Source: Ancylonema sp. (taxonomy: Eukaryota). From it: a stretch of DNA of 31,925 nt. Location of the stretch: NCBI GenBank assembly GCA_050230475.1, contig JBFLGF010000041.1, positions 62,001 to 93,925 of the forward strand, given 5' to 3'. Below the pieces are notes generated by a model. That model saw only the letters and a list, made by a program, of their open reading frames with translations. It made no database searches and was not told where the DNA came from. The translations under genes and the position numbers were made by a program. This document shows positions 21,841-31,925 of this stretch, in pieces; position 1 is the first letter of the stretch, and each line of letters starts with the position of its first letter.

Positions 21841-24800
21841 CTACAGAAGTTGCTCCAAATCTTTCGCAACTTCCACAACATTTGCGGCCTTAGATATCTT
21901 TGCAGCCTCTATCACGGAATGCACGTCCAAATCGACCGCTATACTCTTCACCTTGGGCACCTGCATCTGCGGAAGCAAGAACAGTGGGCACGCATCAGGA
22001 AATTATGAAGGGTTGTATACGAGACAAATATCATTTACGTACAAAGAGAACCCAAATAATTGTGCGGGCCTGAGTCCCTTCCACAAAACCATGTGACCCA
22101 GTCACTGCCATGATTTGCAAAGAGGATCGTTGACCAAAAGTCCTTCCTGAAGCTCTTCCACTTTCTACAGGCATCCCACAATGATACAAGTCACGTTGTT
22201 CGATCCCATTCCTTCATATCCCAACCACTTGACATCCCATATCCCCCCAAACAACCCAAACCCTCGAGTGACCCCCCCCCGCCAGAGAGTGTGCGTGCTT
22301 TACCAAGGTTCCGATGACCACCAGCGCCTGAAATTGCACATCTGTGTCGCTTTCCTGGGGAGGTGCGATCTGCGAGACAAGGCCAAGAGGAGTGAGATCG
22401 AAATCTACACTTCAGTACTGCTTTCGAATCATCGCATTTTGCATTCCGAAAAGAATTTCACCTCATACGCTGCCGACAGCGTCTGTATCTGACCCTCCTC
22501 ATCAGACTCCTCTCCCAGCAGAACGGCATAGCTGGGCATGAACCACAACCAAAAAGAATGAGTACTCCTGGAACCGAGAGGAGAAGCCAGGCAGTCACTC
22601 ACATGAATCACGGGACCAGCCATCCCTTCTCTGCTGCTGTACTCAGAATACTCGAATGAAAGAAAGTAATACTTTCAGAAAAAGGATTGGAGTGGTTGGG
22701 GGAGGAGGAGGGGGTAGTGTTGTGCTCACTTGAGTAGCAGTGAGGCCCACCCCAGCTTTATGTTGCGGTTCGTTGTGGCACTGCAGGTGGAGAAGGCATC
22801 AAGAATCTGGGGGGAAAGGAGGGGGGGGGGGGGCGGGATTCAAATGAGCCCACTACCTCACCCTTGCGGAGGGTAACCGTAACTGTCACCGTTCCCGTAT
22901 CAATGCAGGTGACCTTGCCAGGACCAAAAAAGAAAAGGAGAAGAACAAACATATTCAACGCACTTGCAAGTTTCCTTTAGCTCGTCCTCCCCCACCTCCT
23001 TGCGAAAACCAATCTTCTCTTTACGCAGTATGACCTCATCCCCCCCTCTCTCCCTATCCATCCCACCAGCTCAACCGAAACTAAGCAGCGGCAACCACCT
23101 CCGCAGCTGTATCCCCCTCAGACACTCCCCGAGATACAAAGACCCACGCAAGAATAACCCCTCATCCCAAACCGTCCACAGGTGCCTTTGGCTGCCACAC
23201 ACTGACTCCTGCACATCTCTACATTGAGCCAACCTTTACCCCCCCCCTTCACCCCTCCCCCAACCTCCGCTCGATGCTCCCTCAGCCAGGTCCTTAGCCC
23301 TGTGTGCCGAAAACAGTTGGTGGCGGTCCGCACTCCCGTGAGTAGGTTCGGGTTCAGGACGGGGGACCAGGAGGCGCGAAGGAGCGCCGACAAGAGGACA
23401 TCTGAAACGGAAAAGGAAAAAAAAGTCAACCACTTTGTCACCTGCCACCTGTCACGTTTGTCTTCTCCTGTTTGTGAGTCATGATAATGACACACGTGGC
23501 ACCCTTCGTCTTGTGAGCTTTTGATTAGAAGCAGGACAGGCAACCGACGGGTCAATTCGTGTGCCAGCTGGCACTTGCGGTCCCCCCCCCCCGGTCTCTC
23601 ACCTTTGGATCCGGGCCCCTGGGTGAGAGAGGGAGCGGCCTGGGGGTGCAGCACCAAAAGACGGAGGACATCCAGAACTGGGAAAACACAACCCCCCCCC
23701 CCTCCAGTTTCTCACGTTCACTCCCACTACCTTCACAAGACAGAGACGTGAAATCCGTACAGCCAGACTCGAAAGCAACAAGAATCTGAGCGTCACATGT
23801 GGATACCCGTGAAGACCCGGACCAGAACCGCCTCCAGCTGTACTTCTCACGCGCAGGAGACAGATTCGGTTCCGTGATTTGGGGCTACTCACCCGGAAAA
23901 AGATTTGAGCTTGGCCAGTGCGTCATCATCTTGTCCACTAAAACTATTTCTTCTGACGTGATGGCAGGTGGGGAGGTGGTGGAGGCGGTTTGGAGTTTTT
24001 TTATCACCCCCTCCAGGCACGCCAACTCGGACGCGTCCAGGGCACACGCCTTGGTAGTCTGGGAAAATACCCCCCCCCAGAAAATGCAACAAGGTGCGAG
24101 TCAAGTTCTACGTTTTGTTTCGTTAACAACGTACTTTTCCCCCTTCTCCTTTCCTCTTCTTCTTGCTTACCCTCTTGCCTGCCGCACCGTATCAGAGTTT
24201 TTTTATAAAAAAAAATCTGTTTTCCTAACTTGATTGGTTTCAGGTTCCGTGGGTTTCTACAACCGCCATTTTTGAAAGGTACCAAAACCGCCCACAGCTC
24301 AACGCAATTCCTCATGCACACCTTATGAACCTTGAGTGATTTGGTGCCGCAAACAAGTCTCTCGTTTTGTTGCGCCTACCACCAAAAATCCTTTCCACTG
24401 TCCTCGCCATTCATTCCTACGTTCATTCCTAGTTAGTGAGTGAGGGTGGTGCGTCTATTTTCACCTCCTCTGCCGCCAAGAGTGCGTTGAAGTCGTTGAT
24501 CTTCTTCAGGATGGCCTCATGCGGAGCCGACTCAAAAAGTAGGAACCCTTTCTGTCAAACCACACCACACCAAAAAAAAAAAAGTAAAAAAAAAAAAAGA
24601 GGCGTCCGTCATCATCCCACCAATGGTCACGGGGGGGGAGAGGGGGGGGGGAAGACAGGAAAAAAAACAAAAAAAAAACAAAACAAAATGTGCACTTGGT
24701 CCTCCACCCAGCCGAGTCCCCTAGCGTGCTTTCCATTCTTGTTACCTTTGGAACGTGCTTCAACTGTGGCTTCCGAGGACGACTGCCAGCTGGCAAAACC

Positions 24801-27800
24801 AACAACTGAGGCCTGTCAGATATCAGTTCCCACAGACGAAATAATTTTCTCCTAGAAAACAAATTTCTTCCAAACTCCTGCGGTGCACTCCTCCTCTACC
24901 TTAGCATCTTGCAAACTAGGCCTGCAGGAAGAGGGATTTCTAAACCGCAGGGCAAAAAGATTGATAAATAACAGATTCAAGTACAGGATAAAACCTAAAC
25001 CTAAAGGGGAATTTGAAAAAATAAAATAAAAAAAGTGTGAAATAAAAACAAACACAATCTAAGCTTACATCCTGTGAAGGGGTCCACATTATCTGACGCA
25101 GCGGGGCCTGCCTCCGATTCATACAGAGGAAAAAAGAATGCAAACAACAGGAAAAGGATTTGAAGAACGAAACTCGACTGACCCCACTTCCCCCAACATG
25201 CAATTCGGGCACCGGTCTGAAGTCAACACTCAAAAAAGGACGGGTAGATAACAGGAGGCGATGTCAAATAAGTCGACTCTGAACTGCGCATCAAAAACTG
25301 GCATTCCCTGCTGATCATTTGGACACCCCTTTCCCACTCCTGAACCTGCGCCTGCGTAGTTTCTGGGAGCCCCTGCTCAAGACACGAACAAAAATGGGGG
25401 TGGAATTGGTCAGGGTTGGAGACTGAATGAGGGCTGCGGGTCGCATAAAAATAACTAATGCTTGCTCGTTCAGAAACTAGGAAAAAGTTCAGCTGCTGTA
25501 TTCAGTTGTAGCAGAGTATTCAGGTCAGTTGCTGCAGTTGCTGCGAACAAAAACGAGACATCTGTATATATATATATATATATTTACGTATATATTCCAA
25601 GCTGATGAAAAAGATGATAATCTGGAAGTAGTAGTGTCCACTAAACGAACCTCTCATTACACCAGACAAAAAAATAATGGAATGCCATAATTAATATTTA
25701 ACTGGCCATTTTTGATCTGAACTTCAACAATCAATGGACTCATATAAATGTCATTTTTCTATTTGGGTCAATGTACTCAAATGCCTGTTCTTCTATGACT
25801 GATGCTTCCCAATTAAGAAAAGTGATCCGTCTCCAATGTAGAAAAATATCTTAAAGGAGTAAGACAAAACCAAAAAAGAAATGAAGATAAAAAAAAAAGT
25901 GTCGAGTACTAGAGAGAGGGGGGGGAGGAGGCCGGGGGGGGAGGAGAAAACAAGTGGTTCTGATTGCTCTAATCATGGGGAACAGAAACGGTACCCAGCT
26001 TGCTCACCTCCAGATGCCTGCCCAGGAATATAAGCTTGCCCTGAGAAGGGCAAATCGTTTCCACACACAAGTCAACAAGTCAGCCCATCATGCCACAGTC
26101 CCACTGCCCTTCTCTTCTTCAAACCCAACGAATGCAACAGCAGCGAACGGCTTCAAAATCCATCCACCCATCCATCCTCCACAACAAGACGACGAAAACA
26201 CTCCCCTCTCCCCTCTCCCCTCTCCCCTCTCCCTATGCCAAATTCTACACCAACGCAGCAGCGAGGGAAGTCCAACTCAGACCCAAAAAAAACACCGAAG
26301 CCGTTGATACAAGCACCTCAATTCTCCATCATATCATCCTCGATTCCTGTCCCTTCCCTTCCCCCACCCCCCCCCGACCTCCCGTGTACGGATCCCGCCC
26401 AACCGCGTCCATCGCCCCCGCCGTCTGCCCGCTGTTCTGGATGATGAACTGCACCACCTGTTCGCGGTACCCCTGGGGGAGGTCCTGCTCCAGAAGCCAC
26501 TGGGAGGCAACGTCGTAAGGATTCTCTGGGGGGAGACAAACAAAACATGGTGGATGTAGGTCAGACCCTCTGTAGAGGCTCACCTTTTTTTTTGTGGGGG
26601 GGGGGGTATTTGGGTGCCATGGTAGGGGGGGTGCTTATACGGAGTGGGTAGAAGGCGAGGGGGGGACTTGGGTGCCTTCATGGAAAATGTGCTTACAGGG
26701 TGGGGGAGTATACATAGGTTTGACTGTATGCCATAGCTATAATAGGATAAACGAACTATGGACCGGAAGAAAAACAACCGCCGAGACCTCTGCAAATCAC
26801 ACCACATGAAACATGCATGTGTGGCGCTGAGAAACCTGCCCTTCCTTCCTTGTCAAAACAGGTCCAACACGTTTTGACCTGTCCAACCATATCGTCGTAC
26901 TTGTCTTTCAATCATTACTTCTTTCACGATCCCACTGCCCCTGGCGACAGGCATGCCAGGTGGCACGATGGCGCAAACTGTGTTCCATTCTCTTTTCTAC
27001 AACCCTCTGCCCCTCTCCGCCTGCCTTACGTCCTCGATTGTAGGGCAGCTTTCTGGCAGGCACCCCATCGCCTATGTCCACATCAAACACTGCACACACA
27101 GGGCACAGGGCACAGGGGGCAACCAGATGAGGGGATGACTTCCAACCAGGCATTGGGGAGACCGACGAAAAAGGGTGGGGGTTGAGGGGGAGTCCTCCTA
27201 CCGTAATCGTACACTTCGCCTTGATGACTTCTGCTCTCCAGAGGGTCGGTTGGCCCATCCACCACCTCCCCCAACTGCGCAACCACCATAGGGGGGGGGG
27301 CAGTGGGTCAGAGGGTCGCCCCATCCTCTTCTTTCCACTCCTAGAATGCATCAAGGATGGTGAATGGTGTATGGTGTCTGGTGACTGTTACCTTGTCCCA
27401 CTTGAACTCCTTTTTGGTCCACGAGTATGCCACACCCGTCTGGCCTTCACAAACAAACAAGTGCTCACCATCCTTCTCACCTGGAGACAACGGACGGGGA
27501 TCGGGAGTCAGGAATGAAGAATGAGGAATCATCCCACCAGGAAACCAGGTCAAACGCAGCCTTTCCCTCAACTTCCCCCTCAGATTCTCAAATTTTTGTA
27601 AATCTTGGACCACATTCTGCTCCAATCTACCCTGGCCTCTCCCTCTTCCGTATCTGAATCCCCCCCCGGAATATTTTGGTGGCCACAGTGGCTGACTCTC
27701 CCTTTCACCAGCCCCCCCCCTACCTGGCTGTTGCAGTGCTTCTACGCCAGGCAGATCCTCCAACTTTATCCCCCCAACCGTCTTGCTGCAGGAGAACAGG

Positions 27801-30338
27801 AGAAACGCACAGAGAAAAGGGTTGTGGATCCCATCCATGCACACCGTCCTCCTTCCCTCACCCACCACGTGCACAACACAGGTCGGCTTCCATACTCTCC
27901 CTCTCAACCACACACACACCACTTCCATACTCAGTAGCCCACACCAGACAGCAACAATGGAGTAGGAGTGATACCCCTACAGAAGTCTCCATAGTAATAG
28001 GTAGAGACAAGAGAATTGCGGCCCCCCACCTCTTCCTCGTAGACGCCAGTTGTGCTTCGTACGTTTCCATCACCTCTTGAGACGCAACCTTGGCGCTGTC
28101 TTTGGTCCACACACGGACCACTCCATCCGCGCACCCGGTGACGAGGTCGCCGTTGGGAAGGAAAGCGAGATCCCACACGCAGCCGGGGTGGTCCAGCACT
28201 TGGAGACACATACCATCTGGACACAAGGCACAGGAACAAAGCGTATAAGGAAGTAGGGAAACACACACGCGTTCAAATACACATACATATATATGTTTAC
28301 ATGTAAGTAGGGAAAGACACACGCATACATGTACATATACATATATATGTATTCTTATACATACACATACATACACATTTACATAAATATATACACATAC
28401 ATGTACGTGTTTTTGCGTATAAACATATACATATATACATGTACACATATACGTATATACATATATATATACATATAAAAGCACATATTATTACATATAT
28501 ACATATATGTACGTATATGAACATGAATATACATACATATACTTGCAAACCAAACCTAAAAATAACTCTCTGATACATATTTATATATTTTATACCTCTC
28601 CTACATATGTACATACATATGTACACCTGTGGAAATATGTACGTTTTAGGACCAACAGCGGGGAGGATTAGTCGGGCCAGTGGTGGAAGAGAGAGTCCCA
28701 CTGACCTTCCCAAATCCTGGCGCTGTTGTCTTCGCTCCCGGAAGCAATTTGCATTCTGTGCGCCGCCACGCAGTAGACGAGAGCGGTATGGCCGACCATC
28801 TCTAGTAACTGGGAACCAGTTTGAGACCACAAACGAACAGATCTGCAAAGGGGGGGGGGGGGAAGAGGAGGTTCGAACTGACTTCCTTTGTCCCTCACCG
28901 CCAGCAGCCAACAGGAAGAACAGAAAGCAGGAAGTGTTTAGCTGATGTCGCATGGGGGTGCAGAGTGGAGACTGTTTGTTTACCCATCATGCGATGCAGA
29001 AACCACTCCCACTCCCTCCATGAGAGCCAGCCCCCGGACCGTATCTGCTCCCCCAGCAGGCACCCACACAGGAGGGGGAGGATGAAGAAAACGGCAGGAG
29101 GGGACAGGGGTGGTGAGGAGGGGGTCTACCTGTGTGGCCTTTTACTGTTTGAGTGCACGTGGATCCATTCCACACCTTGATAGTGCAGTCGGACGAGGCT
29201 GAAATTTTCATTTTGGAAAACAAACGAGAAAGGCATGGGAGTGAGATTTCTGCCCCCCTCTCAGAACCTCTCAAATACTTATATTGATGGATTGTTTTGC
29301 GGGGGGGTGTGGGGGGGTAAGAGGTGTTAAAAAAAAAAGGTGTGTGTTGCGGGAGGATGTGGTGTCCTCACCACTCACTATCTCGTCGTCTGGCCCCGCC
29401 AGGACAGCCTGTACTGCGGACGTGTGACCCGTGAGGGTCTCCTGGCACTGACCGTTTCGCCACACGCGGACGGTCCTGGAGCAGGTGGAGCACCGTAATG
29501 TCAGAAGGAATAGACGTGATCCACAAAAGTTTGTTTTCTAGAAGGAATCCCCTCCTGGGCGTCGTTTAGGGCGTCGTTTTGACAGATAAATCTGTGTTGA
29601 GGAAGAAGGAAAGAGAAAAAGATGACAACATCTGATCTCCTGGATCGAGATATCCGCGCATGTGTTCATTGGCCCAGTTGCCCGACAATCTGCGCAGATG
29701 CTCGTGCTGCTCGTGGAGGATCCTCACTTGTCTTGAGATGCAGATAAGATGTCTCCAGATGCAGTTACAGCCAAATCTGAAATTACTTCTTCGTGGCCGA
29801 GCAGTATGTTCGCAGGGATGGCAGATTCAACATCCCAAACGATGATCGATTTGTCCATGCTTCCTGAAATGACTGCTCCCGAGGGCCAAGCAGGACTCGG
29901 CTTTGCGTAGGCCACGGGGCCGACAAAGTGAGCATGGCCGGACAGGGTCTTGGGAGGGGAGAAGCCCCCGTGGCCATTCCCGCCGAAAGTCCAGAGTTTG
30001 ACTGTCTTGTCTCGTGAACCGGTTATGATACCAGAATCCCCGAAAGCGCACACTCCCCGTACCTATGAATTGGCACATTCCCAAATTCAGTGGCACTCAA
30101 GAGCAAGGTGCAATGGCGATTCACGACCTTGGTTACAACTGATGTCTTTGTCTGCAAGAAAAGAGTCAAATCCCGACAGGAAGCGACCAGGAAAAATAGT
30201 TTGCACTTGAAACCGGCGATGCGAGCTGGTGTACTGGGAAAAAAAGTACTCCTATCAAGTTGAAAAACATAAATTCGATGCGCTTACATCGTCTGAGTGG
30301 CCGTGCAGCTCGCAGCTGAGCTTATATTCAGATGCCAT
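21841..30338 (-). CDS. PLAA: Phospholipase A-2-activating protein / DOA1 / UFD3 orthologue (WD40-PFU-PUL; CDC48 cofactor), 764 aa, 23 exons
   Basis: Exons on minus: 30338-30288, 30062-29728, 29475-29372, 29198-29130, 29044-28984, 28842-28706, 28216-28030, 27785-27724, 27480-27392, 27274-27202, 27089-27030, 26525-26379, 26040-26008, 25107-25069, 24789-24746, 24551-24465, 24058-23893, 23677-23603, 23401-23265, 22806-22730, 22531-22462, 22369-22304, 21966-21841. Total 2295 nt, all GT-AG, phases consistent. It has WD40 repeats (GHSDDVRG, SRDKTVKLW, SHDGSVRLW), PFU (YDYVFDVDIGDG..KLPYN..NPYDVA), DP(Y/F)TG linker motifs and PUL (WPSSNLFPVLDVLRL, LLLNYAVLL, FQALVVIGTL). Confidence 0.95.
28277..28625. 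repeat. Low-complexity (TA/CA/ATAC)n microsatellite in PLAA intron 6
   Basis: Long imperfect alternating purine-pyrimidine tract. Confidence 0.9.
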
Positions 30339-31925
30339 TCCTCGCTGGCACTGGCTGAAAAATTAGCGAACTTATAATAGCCAACTTAGAATTGCAGTAA
30401 TCCAATACTGCAAGTCAATAATTTGACTCTCAACAATAAATTCACCAACACAGTAGAGAATTCGGTATGAATTCGAGCGTGTAATCGAGGGGCACCGCCA
30501 TAACTGCTACGAATGTTCCAAGAAACCAGGAGTTCCTTGGAGTGCTGAGTTCCGATGACCAGCAGTCCTGTTCTGATGACTCTGCCTCATAGTTGGCTTC
30601 GCCCCTCAAATCTCGCCCCACTCATTGTCCCGCTTATCGCCCCGAGCGGCAATCCGGGCGATAAAGTTTTCGCTCGGGGCGGCATCACCTAGTCCCCTAC
30701 ATGCCCCTCAAATTTAGGCCCCTGGATAATTTTCATCGGGACATCCGGCCAAAAAAGACTGCCGGTTTCACTGCGGTTAAACGATCAGTCGGTCGACAGT
30801 ACGATGACGGGGATAGGCCGCCACAACTTCTTAACCGGTGGCCAACGTGGCACGTGTGACTGTCACATCAGCAAAACGGTTGTATAACCTCAACTTCGAA
30901 TCGATATCGGCCTGTCGAACACCCCCTCTCGACTCGTTATCGGCCTGCCTTCTTGGCCTATCTATGACCTACGACTTATCCGGTGAGCATCTCCTTCTCA
31001 TTGTTCTCAGCCTTTTCTGCCACGTGTTATTGTTTACGGAGTGCATGAACATTAATTGAGCACGGAGTCCAAGGAATGTGCGTTGATGTCATGAAGCGCC
31101 TCAATCTGAGGTGAACGTAGAGTGGTGGTGCCTCTGTATCATGAAATTATGGCATGGCATTTTGGTTCATGTTCGTAGTCCCTGCTTCAAGTCTTCAAGT
31201 CTGTTAGGAAACCTTGGTGTAAATGATTCTGGCATCTCGTAGAATACCCTTATCTCCTGCCATAGTGAGCTCCTTCCCAATTTGAACTACCAACAGTGTT
31301 TCATTGTGTGGTTTCGGATCAGGAGTAGTTGAGGTGCTTGGTTCATGGTCACATAAATAATGAGCTAGTCATTGGTGAGGTAGAGGAGGAACTTGTCTAG
31401 ATGCATCCCTCCTCATGGCGGTGGTGTGTAGAATTTGTTATTTGACTTCGAGTTAAGTTGTGTCACAACTAATCATGGAATTGTGTTTGGTCATTCTTTG
31501 AATGTTGGTTCTTTTTCTTTGCAGATTTGCCGGTTGACTTTCTTGTGACCATCAAAGACTGGCATGGAATGGCAAGGTCGATCACCTGCTCTGCCCCTTG
31601 GTTGTGGTAGGTTATGCCTTCGAGCTCTCTCTGACGGTGTTGGGTATCTAAGTGCATAAATGTGTAATTTGGTCGTTGATCAAGTCCTTTCTTTCAGTGG
31701 AGTTCGTTGGTTTCTCGGTCTCCATTTGTCTGTTTCTCCTTTCTTTCTTTTTCTGTCCTTTCTCTTTTTCTCTTTCTTTCTCGGTGAATAAATTCTTAAC
31801 TTTATACTTTCGGCAGTGATCCTTGGTATGATTTACCCAATTTATCCGATGTACATGTTAGAATGAACAATGTCGCAACATTGATTTGTCGACAGGTTGT
31901 CGAGTTGCTATTTGTTTTCATCGAT

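Noticed and set aside
27858..28953. Long ORFs 27858-28484 and 28297-28953
   Set aside because: They run through the TA/CA microsatellite of PLAA intron 6; only the embedded true exons are coding.
30745..30757. CCGGCCAAAAAAG shared with 5432-5444
   Set aside because: A 13-bp match including a homopolymer, with no extended flanking similarity.
31050..31925. Possible gene or TE fragment at the right edge
   Set aside because: Only short ORFs with frequent stops and low-complexity pyrimidine tracts; nothing recognisable.

Overview
Eukaryotic, intron-rich genomic DNA from a green plant; a streptophyte is inferred from the protein sequences, and the species cannot be determined. Three spliced host genes were reconstructed by hand with GT-AG boundaries and consistent exon phases. 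(1) A GH31 alpha-xylosidase/alpha-glucosidase of the plant XYL1 type (minus strand, 4162 to <1, runs off the window). (2) A 5-exon plant NUDT16-like Nudix hydrolase (plus, 19694-21327) that the ORF track only shows in scraps. (3) A 23-exon PLAA/DOA1/UFD3 orthologue (minus, 30338-21841, 764 aa). Between the GH31 and Nudix genes lies a ~13.5 kb nested transposon island. It holds a full-length but dead Ty1/copia element (6635-13174, CTAGA target-site duplication (TSD), half-tRNA-Met primer-binding site (PBS), non-canonical LTR ends, three Gag zinc knuckles). It also holds two hAT-type MITEs with perfect 8-bp TSDs, an outer TIR element hosting both the copia and one MITE, a CCGTTCACTT repeat array and a Gag relic. 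I see no clear new multi-gene system. The most unusual signals are a pervasive short tandem-duplication mutation signature, the non-CA LTR ends, and two independent insertions flanking a perfect hairpin. Most ORF-track entries are antisense, intronic or low-complexity artefacts.
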